In this document: one piece after another, positions 19,387 through 28,567 of the stretch
Layout: each line of letters opens with the position of its first letter
How positions within the stretch are numbered: the first letter of the stretch is position 1
Source: Cyanobacteriota bacterium
GTDB lineage: Bacteria; Cyanobacteriota; Cyanobacteriia; PCC-6307; Cyanobiaceae
Length of the DNA: 64,000 nt
Reading direction: 5' to 3'
NCBI GenBank assembly: GCA_046052125.1
Contig: JBJOMY010000001.1
Coordinates: 64,001-128,000 of the forward strand
The notes under the pieces: generated by a model
What the model saw: the letters and a program-made list of their open reading frames with translations, nothing else
What the model was told of the DNA's origin: nothing
The model's database searches: none
Position numbers and translations under genes: made by a program

Positions 19387-20570
19387 ACCTCCAGCGCTGG
19401 CTGATGGGCCTGTGGCAGGGCCGTCGGATCCCCCTATCGCTGCTGCTGCTCACGCGTCAGCCGGTGCGGCTGGCGGTGGCTCTGGCTGGCATCAGCTTTG
19501 CCGGGATCCTGATGTTCATGCAGCTGGGCTTCCGCGATGGCCTCTTCGATGCCAGCGTCACGATTCATCGGCTGTTTGATGCCGATCTGGTGTTGATCAG
19601 TCCACGCTCCACCAGCTCGGTGAGCATGGCGGGCTTCCCGAAGCGCCGTCTGGTGCAGGCGATGGCGGCTTCGGAGGTGGAGGGGATCACGCCGGTGCAC
19701 TGGAACCTGTTGCTCTGGCGCAATCCCGAAACCCGCGGCACCCGCTCGATCCTCACCCTGGGGTTTGAACCAAACGATCCGCTGTTCACCGATTCGAGCC
19801 TGGCCCCCAAAGCGCGGCTGCTCACCCAGAAGGGGCGGGTGCTGTTTGACGAGCAATCCAGGCCTGAGTTTGGGCCGGTGGCTCAATGGTTCAAGGCGGG
19901 TCGCACGGTGGAGAGCGAGATCGCCGGCAAGCGGGTGCGCGTGGCGGGGCTTGTGGGCTTGGGCACCTCCTTCGGCGCCGATGGCAATCTGCTCACCAGC
20001 AGTGAAACCTTCCTGGAACTGCTGCCCAACACCCCACCGGGCAGCATCGAAGTGGGCCTGATTCGCCTACGGCCTGGCAGTGATCCGGAGGCTATGGCCC
20101 AGAAGCTTCAAGCGCAGCTGCCTAGCGATGTGACCGTGCTCACCAAGCAGGGTTTCATCGATTTTGAGCAGAACTACTGGCGCACCAGCACCTCGATTGG
20201 CTTCATCTTCACGCTCGGCGCCGCCATGGGATTCGTGGTGGGCTGCGTGATCGTGTATCAGGTGCTCTATTCCGATGTGAGTGACCACCTACCGGAATAC
20301 GCCACCTTGATGGCCATGGGCTACAAGCTGGTGAGCCTGCTTGGGGTGGTGGCGCGGGAGGGATTGTTGCTGGCGGCTTTCGGCTACCTGCCGGCCTACG
20401 CCGCCGGCCAGGGGCTCTATCTCCTGGTGCGCAGCGCCACGCAGCTGCCGGTGTTTATGGACACCACCCGCGCAGTGACCGTGTTCAGCATGATCCTGGT
20501 GATGTGCATGGCTTCGGCTGCCTTGGCCATGCGACGGCTGGCGGACGCAGACCCTGCGGAGATCTTCTGA
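19383..20570 (+). CDS. devC: ABC exporter permease DevC
   Basis: GISFAGILMFMQLGF, YQVLYSDVSDHLPEYATLMAMGY, C-terminal ADPAEIF. Confidence 0.93.
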   Translation: MNLQRWLMGLWQGRRIPLSLLLLTRQPVRLAVALAGISFAGILMFMQLGFRDGLFDASVTIHRLFDADLVLISPRSTSSVSMAGFPKRRLVQAMAASEVEGITPVHWNLLLWRNPETRGTRSILTLGFEPNDPLFTDSSLAPKARLLTQKGRVLFDEQSRPEFGPVAQWFKAGRTVESEIAGKRVRVAGLVGLGTSFGADGNLLTSSETFLELLPNTPPGSIEVGLIRLRPGSDPEAMAQKLQAQLPSDVTVLTKQGFIDFEQNYWRTSTSIGFIFTLGAAMGFVVGCVIVYQVLYSDVSDHLPEYATLMAMGYKLVSLLGVVAREGLLLAAFGYLPAYAAGQGLYLLVRSATQLPVFMDTTRAVTVFSMILVMCMASAALAMRRLADADPAEIF

Positions 20571-20575
20571 GCGCC

Positions 20576-21286
20576 ATGGCTGGATCCGCTGCGATTGAGC
20601 TCCAGCACCTTTGCCATTGGTATGGCAGCGGTTCGATGCGCCGCCAGGTGCTTCAGGGAGTGAACCTGCAGGTGGCGGCTGGTGAGGTGGTGCTGCTCAC
20701 CGGTCCCTCCGGCTGCGGCAAAACCACGCTGCTCACCCTCGTGGGTGCGCTGCGGCAGGTGCAGGAGGGAGCCGTGCGGGTGCTTGGCCAGCAGCTCAAT
20801 GGCGCCACTCGGCGGGAGCGGCAGGTGCTGCGGCGATCGATCGGAATGATCTTTCAGGGGCACAACCTGTTGCGCTGCCTCAGCGCTGAGCAGAACGTGC
20901 AGATGGGCTCTGATCTGTTGCCAGAGTTGAGCTACCGCGCCCGCCGCGATCAAGCCCGTGAATGGCTTCGGGCCGTGGGCCTGGGCGATGAATTGCACAA
21001 GCTTCCCCATGACCTCTCCGGCGGCCAGAAGCAGCGGGTGGCGATTGCGCGTGCGCTCGCGGCACGGCCTCGCTTGCTGCTGGCGGATGAACCCACGGCG
21101 GCGCTCGATTCGAAAACGGGCCGTGAAGTGGTGGAGCTGCTGCAGCGGCTGGCGCGGGAGCAGGGCTGTGCTGTGCTGATGGTGACCCACGACCCCCGCA
21201 TCCTCGATATCGCTGATCGGCTGGTGCGGATGGAGGACGGCCTGCTGCTGGAAGCCGAACGGCCTCGGGAGACAGCCCAGGCCTGA
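20576..21286 (+). CDS. devA: ABC exporter ATP-binding subunit DevA
   Basis: GPSGCGKTT, LSGGQKQR, LADEPTAALD, VTHD. Confidence 0.92.
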   Translation: MAGSAAIELQHLCHWYGSGSMRRQVLQGVNLQVAAGEVVLLTGPSGCGKTTLLTLVGALRQVQEGAVRVLGQQLNGATRRERQVLRRSIGMIFQGHNLLRCLSAEQNVQMGSDLLPELSYRARRDQAREWLRAVGLGDELHKLPHDLSGGQKQRVAIARALAARPRLLLADEPTAALDSKTGREVVELLQRLAREQGCAVLMVTHDPRILDIADRLVRMEDGLLLEAERPRETAQA

Positions 21287-21333
21287 ACACCATTCAGTAG
21301 TGTGGTGTGTATCCCAAAGACCCAGCCGCCTCG

Positions 21334-21489
21334 ATGGCCAAACGCCGCAACCTCAAGAAAGAAAAGCAGGAGCGCAATCGCGCCTACGCCCGCAAGTTCA
21401 AGAAGCGCAAGCTGCGTAACGACGGCCGTGGTGAAGGTGCTGGCAACGGTGTGACCGGAACGGCCAACAACGGCGGCGCCGCCGATTGA
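21334..21489 (+). CDS. small Lys/Arg-rich protein
   Basis: 51 aa MAKRRNLKKEKQERNRAYARKFKKRKLR...; AAG/CGC/AAC codons like those of rpsB; has its own terminator. Confidence 0.8.
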   Translation: MAKRRNLKKEKQERNRAYARKFKKRKLRNDGRGEGAGNGVTGTANNGGAAD

Positions 21490-21513
21490 TCGATCACCAT
21501 CAAACGGTGAACT

Positions 21514-21541
21514 GGGGATCCTGCGGGGTCCCTCTTTTTTT
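21514..21541 (+). terminator. intrinsic terminator
   Basis: GGGATCCT-GC-GGGGTCCC hairpin (with G-U pairs) followed by TCTTTTTTT. Confidence 0.75.
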
Positions 21542-21567
21542 GCTGATCTGCGTCACCTGAACGCGTC

Positions 21568-22500
21568 ATGTTTCTCAGCGTCGTCATCCCCACCTACAAC
21601 CGGTTGCCGATCCTGGAGAAGTGCCTGCGGGCCCTCGAGCGGCAGCACCTGCAGGCGCCGATCAGCAACTACGAGGTGGTGCTGGTGGACGACGGCTCCA
21701 CCGACGACACGGTGCATTGGTTGCTGCGCAACAGCGCCCGATTCCCCCACGTGCGCCTGGTGCAGCAGGACCACGGCGGCCCGGCGGAGGGCCGCAACCG
21801 CGGCGTGGACCACGCCCGCGGCGACGTGATCGTGTTTATCGACAGCGATCTGGTGGTGACGGAGACCTTCCTGATCAGCCATGCCCGCCGGCTGGAGCAG
21901 AGCTGGGCGCAGCGCGGCGATCGCCTCTGTTTCACTTACGGAGCGGTGATCAACACCGCCAACTTCGACGATCCCACCAGCGAGCCCCACAAGCTGCGCG
22001 ATCTCTCCTGGGCCTACTTCGCCACGGGCAACGTGGCGATCGATCGCCAGGTGCTGGAGCGCAGCGGCCTGTTCGACACCCGCTTTCGCCTGTATGGCTG
22101 GGAAGACCTTGAGCTCGGCGAGCGGCTGCGGCGCATGGGCGTGGTGCTGGTGCGCTGCCCCGAAGCGGTGGGGTACCACTGGCACCCGCCCCTGAGCCTG
22201 GAGCAGGTGCCGCGCCTGATCGCCGTGGAGGGCGAGCGCGCCAAAATGGGGTTGGTGTTTTACCGCAAACACCCCACGCGTCGTGTGCGGTTCATCATTC
22301 AGTTCACCCTGCTGCACCGGCTGCTCTGGGAGCTGCTCACCCTGGGCGGTGTGCTCAACGAGCGCAGCCTGCGGCCCGTGCTCGCCTGGCTGATCCGCCA
22401 GGGCAAGCCAGGCCTAGCGATGGAGTTGCTGCGCCTGCCTCTGAACCGCATCGGTGTTCAGGCTCTGTATCGCGAAGCACGCGCTGAGGGGCTGTCCTGA
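21568..22500 (+). CDS. glycosyltransferase family 2
   Basis: SVVIPTYN, VDDGSTD, FIDSD, YGWEDLELG. Confidence 0.92.
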   Translation: MFLSVVIPTYNRLPILEKCLRALERQHLQAPISNYEVVLVDDGSTDDTVHWLLRNSARFPHVRLVQQDHGGPAEGRNRGVDHARGDVIVFIDSDLVVTETFLISHARRLEQSWAQRGDRLCFTYGAVINTANFDDPTSEPHKLRDLSWAYFATGNVAIDRQVLERSGLFDTRFRLYGWEDLELGERLRRMGVVLVRCPEAVGYHWHPPLSLEQVPRLIAVEGERAKMGLVFYRKHPTRRVRFIIQFTLLHRLLWELLTLGGVLNERSLRPVLAWLIRQGKPGLAMELLRLPLNRIGVQALYREARAEGLS

Positions 22501-22559
22501 ACCAGCCGCAGCCAGCTGAGTGCTGCACTGCGATTTGGTAAGGTGCCTGGGTTCATTCA

Positions 22560-22637
22560 CACCGCACACCTGCATGTTTCGGGTGACCCGTTCGCGGAGT
22601 CCCTGGCAGGTGGAGGCGAACCCGAAACCCTCAACTC
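22560..22637 (+). ncRNA. rpsB leader (S2 autoregulatory element, cyano-30S/t44-like)
   Basis: CACCTGC (22567-73) pairs with GCAGGTG (22606-12) and GTTTCGGGT (22576-84) with ACCCGAAAC (22620-28); directly 5' of rpsB. Confidence 0.65.
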
Positions 22638-23360
22638 ATGGCTGTTGTCACTCTCGCCGAAATGATGGAGGCGGGTGCCCACTTTGGGCACCAAACGCGC
22701 CGTTGGAACCCCAAGATGTCGCGCTACATCTATTGCGCGCGCAACGGTGTTCACATCATCGATCTCGTGCAGACCGCCGTCTGCATGAACAACGCCTACA
22801 AGTGGGTGCGTAGTGCTGCTCGCAGCGGCAAGCGCTTCCTGTTTGTGGGAACCAAAAAGCAGGCCTCCGAGGTGATCGCCCTCGAAGCCACCCGTTGTGG
22901 CGCCGCTTACGTGAACCAGCGTTGGCTGGGCGGCATGCTCACCAACTGGACCACGATGCGTGCCCGCATCGACCGCCTCAAGGACCTGGAGCGCATGGAG
23001 TCCTCCGGCGCTATTGCCATGCGTCCGAAGAAGGAAGCGGCTGTGCTGCGCCGTGAGCTCGAGCGTCTGCAGAAGTACCTGGGCGGCCTGAAGAACATGC
23101 GCCGTCTGCCCGACGTGGTGGTGCTGGTCGACCAGCGCCGTGAAACCAACGCCGTGCTCGAGGCCCGCAAGCTCGATATCCCCCTGGTGTCGATGCTCGA
23201 CACCAACTGCGATCCCGATCTCTGCGACGTGCCCATCCCCTGCAACGACGACGCTGTGCGTTCGGTGCAGCTGGTGCTGGGTCGCCTCGCTGATGCGATC
23301 AACGAAGGTCGCCATGGCGCCAACGATCAGCGTGGTGGCTACGAGGACGAGGAAGGCTGA
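22638..23360 (+). CDS. rpsB: 30S ribosomal protein S2
   Basis: [33 protein letters not shown]. Confidence 0.99.
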   Translation: MAVVTLAEMMEAGAHFGHQTRRWNPKMSRYIYCARNGVHIIDLVQTAVCMNNAYKWVRSAARSGKRFLFVGTKKQASEVIALEATRCGAAYVNQRWLGGMLTNWTTMRARIDRLKDLERMESSGAIAMRPKKEAAVLRRELERLQKYLGGLKNMRRLPDVVVLVDQRRETNAVLEARKLDIPLVSMLDTNCDPDLCDVPIPCNDDAVRSVQLVLGRLADAINEGRHGANDQRGGYEDEEG

Positions 23361-23422
23361 GCTCTTGCTCGCCGGGCTGCGCGTGTTGAAGCCGGCCTGA
23401 ACCCCTCATCCGCAGCGGCTCT

Positions 23423-23455
23423 GGAGCTTCCCTGAGGGGGAGCTCCTGCCTTTTT
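23423..23455 (+). terminator. hairpin / partial terminator between rpsB and tsf
   Basis: GGAGCTTCCC-TGAG-GGGGAGCTCC followed by TGCCTTTTT. Confidence 0.55.
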
Positions 23456-23501
23456 GAGCCGACTCATCAATCTTTTTCCACTTCCCCTTTCATCCAGACC
23501 C

Positions 23502-24158
23502 ATGGCTGAGATCTCCGCCAAGCTCGTCAAGGAACTGCGCGACGTCACCGGTGCCGGCATGATGGACTGCAAGAAGGCTCTTGCAGAGACCAACGGCGAC
23601 AAGGACAAAGCTGTTGAGTGGCTGCGCCAGAAGGGCATCGCCTCCGCTGAGAAGAAGTCCGGCCGTACGGCTGCTGAAGGTGCCATCGGCAGCTATATCC
23701 ACACCGGCGCCCGCGTGGGCGTGCTGGTGGAAGTGAACTGCGAAACCGATTTCGTGGCTCGCGGCGAGATCTTCCAGGAGCTGATCCGCAACGTAGCGAT
23801 GCAGATCGCCGCTTGCCCCAGCGTCGACTTCGTGAAGGTCGACGACATCCCAGCTGAAGTGGCTGAGCGTGAGAAGCAGATCGAGATGGGTCGTGACGAC
23901 CTGGCCGGTAAGAAGGAAGAGATGAAGGAGAAGATCGTGGCCGGCCGTATCGGCAAACGCCTCAAGGAAATGGCTCTGATGGATCAGGCCTACATCAAGG
24001 ACAGCAACCTCACCGTCGACGAACTGGTGAAGCAGGTGTCCGGCAAGGTGGGCGAGAACATCCAGGTGCGTCGCTTCGTGCGCTTCAACCTGGGTGAAGG
24101 CATCGAAGTGGAGAAGATGGACTTCGCCGCTGAAGTGGCTGCCATGCAGGCTGCCTGA
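23502..24158 (+). CDS. tsf: elongation factor Ts
   Basis: [30 protein letters not shown]. Confidence 0.99.
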   Translation: MAEISAKLVKELRDVTGAGMMDCKKALAETNGDKDKAVEWLRQKGIASAEKKSGRTAAEGAIGSYIHTGARVGVLVEVNCETDFVARGEIFQELIRNVAMQIAACPSVDFVKVDDIPAEVAEREKQIEMGRDDLAGKKEEMKEKIVAGRIGKRLKEMALMDQAYIKDSNLTVDELVKQVSGKVGENIQVRRFVRFNLGEGIEVEKMDFAAEVAAMQAA

Positions 24159-24163
24159 TCCCG

Positions 24164-25393
24164 ATGCGCGAGGAGGCTCAGCGCCAGATCGATCTGCTCC
24201 TGCAACAGCAGGACCAGCTGGCGCCTGAGCTCTATCGCGATCTGGCTCTTTACCTGCAAGTGCTGCGAGAAGGCCTGTTGCACGCTGTGCAGCAGGCCTG
24301 TTTTCATCTGGCCACGCAGGTGGTTCCCGAGCGCTACAACCAGCTTCCCGCCCAGCGGCGCCAGGCCTTCCAAGCCCGGCTCCAGGAGTTGGTGCAACGC
24401 ACCAGCACCCTGCTCACCGTGGAGCAGATCATGGGCCTGGCGGCGCAGCAACAACGCCGCGAGCACCGGCGCCAGCGGGTGCAGCAACAGCGGCTGTTGG
24501 ATGCCTTTCTGAATGGGGATGGGGCGGATCCTGAGGAACGCTCAGGGGAGGCCAGCGCCGAAAGCAGCGAATCCAACGCAGCTGAAGCCACTGGGCCAGG
24601 GAATCTGCCCAGTGGCTCCGTGAATCTGAGTCTCGATCTTCCGGTGTCGGCCGATCTGTTTGATCGGGGTTTGCCGGCCTTGGCGAGGCCTGCTCCGCCG
24701 GCCCTGGATCAAGCCAGTGAGTCCACCGCTGAACGCCCCAGCGAATCCCCCGAGCAACAGCTGCTGCAGTCGCTGTTTCAGATGGCAGCGGAGGGGCTGC
24801 AGGAGTCGTCCGGGGGCGGCGCTCAACAGGAGCCTCCGGCTGACGCGGACCAGGATCTCGATTCGGAGGCCAACATCAGCCTGGCTCCGCCTGCCGAACT
24901 CGATCCCCGGATTACGGCGCCCAGCGTTCCCAGAGATCCGGTGTTGCAGCTGCGCTGGTGGACCCATTTCGATCGGGCCCTGCGCCGCCGCCTGCGCAAC
25001 CTCTCCCACGCCGTGAATGTGGAGATGCTGCGGGTGGGCTTGGCCCAGGGGCTGTTGCCGATGAACCTGCTCGATGCGGTGCTCGATGGTCAGGTGGAGG
25101 CTCTGCCGGCTCCGGCCAACCTGTTGCGGCTGCCGTTGCCGATGGGCCAGGTGATGGGAGCCGGTGCGCCCACGGAGGTGCTCACCCTGCTGCTGCGCAG
25201 CTCCGATCTGGACTACGAGCAGCCGAAGCTGCGCACCTGCCGCAAGCGCCTCGAGCAGCGGCGGCGTGCATTGCGCACAATGGCCAAGCGCTACCGCAGC
25301 TGGCAGCGCCGCTTGAGCGCCCTCGAAGCTGAGCATCAGTGGTTTCAGGACCATGCCCACCACCCAGCGAAGCCGGCGGCGGATCAGGACTGA
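24164..25393 (+). CDS. hypothetical protein with acidic low-complexity middle
   Basis: 409-aa ORF between tsf and recG; helical N and C regions (YLQVLREGL, LRNLSHAVNVEMLRVGL). Confidence 0.75.
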   Translation: MREEAQRQIDLLLQQQDQLAPELYRDLALYLQVLREGLLHAVQQACFHLATQVVPERYNQLPAQRRQAFQARLQELVQRTSTLLTVEQIMGLAAQQQRREHRRQRVQQQRLLDAFLNGDGADPEERSGEASAESSESNAAEATGPGNLPSGSVNLSLDLPVSADLFDRGLPALARPAPPALDQASESTAERPSESPEQQLLQSLFQMAAEGLQESSGGGAQQEPPADADQDLDSEANISLAPPAELDPRITAPSVPRDPVLQLRWWTHFDRALRRRLRNLSHAVNVEMLRVGLAQGLLPMNLLDAVLDGQVEALPAPANLLRLPLPMGQVMGAGAPTEVLTLLLRSSDLDYEQPKLRTCRKRLEQRRRALRTMAKRYRSWQRRLSALEAEHQWFQDHAHHPAKPAADQD

Positions 25394-27843
25394 CGCTGCA
25401 GGCCTGGCTGCGGCCGTTGCAGCAGGGCTTGCAACTGGAGGCTGAGCGCGGCTTCGGCAATCTTCAGGGTCGCCGGGAGCCGTTTCAGGCGTTCCTGAGC
25501 CGCAGCCTGCGGCAGGTGCCGATTCCGCTCCCCGCCCATCAGCAGCAGCTGCTTGATCAGCTGGCGGAGCAGTTCGCTACCTACGAAGCGCTGAACCAGG
25601 CGCGCCGCCAAAGCCTGGTGCGGCGCACCCGCCAGGCCTTACACGAGTTGCAGCGGGCCCACGAGCCGGTGCGGCCGCCCGCGCCTCCGCGGCTGCGCCT
25701 GGTGCCTGATGCGCCGGGATCTGTGGGCTCACTCGGCCGGATCGATCCGGAGACGCCACTCTCGGAGATCAAAGGGGTTGGGCCCAAGAGTGCCGCCAAG
25801 CTCGCGGCGCTGGACCTGTGGGTGGCGCGGGATCTGGTGCGCTACTACCCCCGCGATTACCTCGACTACTCCAACCTGGTGCGGATCGCGGCCCTGGAGC
25901 CGGGCCGCACCGCCACGATCGTGGCCACGGTGCGCCGCAGCCATAGCTTCACCAGCCCACGCAACCCCAATCTTTCGATCTTGGAGCTGCAGCTGGCCGA
26001 CATCACCGGTCGCATCCGCATCTCCAAGTTTTTTGCCGGCAAGCGCTTCAGCTCCCCTGCCTGGCTGAAGGCCCAGCAACGGCAGTTTCCCGCTGGCGCC
26101 ACGGTGGCGGTGAGTGGTCTGGTGAAGGAGACCCCCTACGGCCCCGCCTTCCAGGATCCCCTGATGGAGGTGCTGGCCAGTCCGAATGCGCCGGTGCGGA
26201 GCGAGCAGATTGGCCGGTTGTTGCCGGTGTACGGGCTTACCGAAGGCTTGAGTGCTGATCGCCTGCGGGCACTCGTGCGCCCCCTGTTGGAGGCGGCGCG
26301 CGGCTGGGGGGATCCATTGCCGCAAGCACTGCAGCAGCAGGAGCAGCTGGTGGATCTGGGCACGGCGCTCACCCAGATTCATGCGCCCACCAATCAGCAG
26401 TGCCTCTCGAGTGCGCGTCGTCGGCTGGTGTTCGACGAATTTCTGATGTTGCAGCTGGGCTTGTTGCAGCGCCGGCGTCAGCTCACCAGCCGCCCCGCGC
26501 CTGCTCTCACCAGCCCCACGGGGTCGCTGCTGGAGGCCTTCCTTGCGCTCCTGCCCTTCCCGTTCACGGGTGCTCAGCAACGGGTATTGGCGGAGATCCG
26601 CGCTGATCTGGAGCGGGAGCAGCCGATGGCGCGGCTGGTGCAAGGCGATGTGGGCAGTGGCAAAACCGTGGTGGCGATCGCAGCCCTGCTCACCGCCATC
26701 GAGGCGGGCTGCCAGGGGGCGTTGATGGCCCCGACGGAAGTGTTGGCGGAGCAGCACTACCGGAAGCTCTGTGAATGGCTGCCGCAGCTGCATGTGAGCT
26801 GCGCCCTGCTCACCGGCTCCACACCGGCGCGTCGCCGCCGGGAGCTACTGGCCGATCTGGCCAACGGCACGCTCAAGATGCTTGTGGGTACCCACGCCTT
26901 GCTGGAAGACCCGGTGCAATTTGCGCGGCTGGGCCTTGTGGTGGTGGATGAGCAGCATCGTTTCGGTGTGCATCAGCGCAACCGTCTGCTCGACAAGGGT
27001 CTGCAGCCCCACCTGCTCACGATGACGGCCACCCCCATTCCCCGCACCCTGGCCCTCTCGCTCCATGGCGATCTGGAGGTGAGCCAGATCGATGAGCTGC
27101 CCCCCGGCCGCACCCCCATTCGCACCAGCTTGCTGGCTGGGTCTGAACGGGAGGAGGCCTATCGGCTGATCCGGGAGCAGGTGGCCCTAGGCCAGCGGGC
27201 CTATGTGGTGTTGCCGTTGGTGGAGGACTCGGAAAAGCTCGATCTGCGCTCGGCGGTGGAGGTGCACCAGCAGCTCAGTGAGCAGATCTTTCCTGATTTG
27301 CAGGTGGGCTTGCTGCATGGCCGCATGGCCAGCGCCGACAAGCAGGCGGCGATCGGAGCGTTTGCCAGTGGCGCCACCCAGGTGCTCGTGAGCACCACCG
27401 TGGTGGAGGTGGGTGTGGATGTGCCGGAGGCGAGCGTGATGGTGATCGAGCATGCGGATCGCTTCGGGTTGGCGCAGCTCCACCAATTGCGGGGCCGTGT
27501 GGGCCGCGGTGCAGCGGCTTCCTACTGCCAGCTGATCAACGACAGCCGCAATGCTCTGGCGCGGCAGCGCCTGGAGGTGCTGGTGCACTCCAGCGATGGC
27601 TTTGAAATCGCCGAGATGGACCTGCGCCTGCGTGGGCCGGGCCAGGTGCTCGGCACCCGCCAGAGCGGCCTTCCTGATCTGGCCCTCGCCAGCCTCACCG
27701 ACGATGGCGATGTGTTGGAGCAGGCCCGACGTGTGGCCCAGCAGATCATGGAGAGCGATCCGGAGCTGGAGGCCCATGCCTCCTTGGCTCAGGCCCTGGC
27801 TGAGCAGCGCCGGCGCACGGCGGCACCCGCCCGTTTGAACTGA
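25339..27843 (+). CDS. recG: ATP-dependent DNA helicase RecG
   Basis: QGDVGSGKT, DEQHRFG, MTATPIPRT, QLRGRVGRG, DLRLRGPG; start uncertain. Confidence 0.98.
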   Translation: MVSGPCPPPSEAGGGSGLTLQAWLRPLQQGLQLEAERGFGNLQGRREPFQAFLSRSLRQVPIPLPAHQQQLLDQLAEQFATYEALNQARRQSLVRRTRQALHELQRAHEPVRPPAPPRLRLVPDAPGSVGSLGRIDPETPLSEIKGVGPKSAAKLAALDLWVARDLVRYYPRDYLDYSNLVRIAALEPGRTATIVATVRRSHSFTSPRNPNLSILELQLADITGRIRISKFFAGKRFSSPAWLKAQQRQFPAGATVAVSGLVKETPYGPAFQDPLMEVLASPNAPVRSEQIGRLLPVYGLTEGLSADRLRALVRPLLEAARGWGDPLPQALQQQEQLVDLGTALTQIHAPTNQQCLSSARRRLVFDEFLMLQLGLLQRRRQLTSRPAPALTSPTGSLLEAFLALLPFPFTGAQQRVLAEIRADLEREQPMARLVQGDVGSGKTVVAIAALLTAIEAGCQGALMAPTEVLAEQHYRKLCEWLPQLHVSCALLTGSTPARRRRELLADLANGTLKMLVGTHALLEDPVQFARLGLVVVDEQHRFGVHQRNRLLDKGLQPHLLTMTATPIPRTLALSLHGDLEVSQIDELPPGRTPIRTSLLAGSEREEAYRLIREQVALGQRAYVVLPLVEDSEKLDLRSAVEVHQQLSEQIFPDLQVGLLHGRMASADKQAAIGAFASGATQVLVSTTVVEVGVDVPEASVMVIEHADRFGLAQLHQLRGRVGRGAAASYCQLINDSRNALARQRLEVLVHSSDGFEIAEMDLRLRGPGQVLGTRQSGLPDLALASLTDDGDVLEQARRVAQQIMESDPELEAHASLAQALAEQRRRTAAPARLN

Positions 27844-28562
27844 TGGCCTTGCGTCCCTGGAGCCCGATCCCGATCGATGACTGCGGCGAGCCTTTGCTCC
27901 CCTTGCCGGCTGGGTTGTGGCGGCTGGAACCCCACCCCTATGCCGCCGTGGGTGCGCCCTATGGAGCTGATGCGTGCCCGTTTCGCCTGCGCCAGGGGGT
28001 GATTGAGCGCCTGCTTCAGGCCCAGCGCGCCCTTCAGAACGTGCAACCCAGCTTGCGACTGGCGATCTTTGATGCCTGGCGGCCGCTGGCGGTGCAGCGC
28101 TTCATGGTGGCCCATGCCATCGCTGAAGAATGCAGGGTTCGCGGCATCGATGCCTCCATCCCGAGTGAGGCTCGCGCTTCGGTGGAGCAGGAGGTGGGGC
28201 GTTTCTGGGCTCCACCCAGCAACGATCCCGCCACACCACCACCCCACAGCACCGGTGCGGCGGTGGATCTCACACTGGCGGATCCCGATGGCACGCCTCT
28301 GGATCTCGGCTCCCCCATCGATGCGATCGGCGCTGTTTCCGAACCCGATCACTTCCGAGGGGTGGCTGCTGACGCATCAGACGAAGCGCTACGCAGGCAG
28401 GCCCTGATCTGGCAGGAGCGCCGTGATCGGCTTGCGGAAGTGATGCTCGCGGCTGGTTTTGCCCAACACCCCAATGAGTGGTGGCACTTCAGCCACGGCG
28501 ATCAACTCTGGGCCTGGCGCACGGGCCAGACCCAAGCGATTTATGGACGCTCCGGCTGTTGA
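27843..28562 (+). CDS. D-alanyl-D-alanine dipeptidase (M15D, VanX/DdpX-like)
   Basis: IFDAWRP, PPHSTGAAVDLTL, EWWHFS. Confidence 0.9.
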   Translation: MALRPWSPIPIDDCGEPLLPLPAGLWRLEPHPYAAVGAPYGADACPFRLRQGVIERLLQAQRALQNVQPSLRLAIFDAWRPLAVQRFMVAHAIAEECRVRGIDASIPSEARASVEQEVGRFWAPPSNDPATPPPHSTGAAVDLTLADPDGTPLDLGSPIDAIGAVSEPDHFRGVAADASDEALRRQALIWQERRDRLAEVMLAAGFAQHPNEWWHFSHGDQLWAWRTGQTQAIYGRSGC

Positions 28563-28567
28563 TGCAA

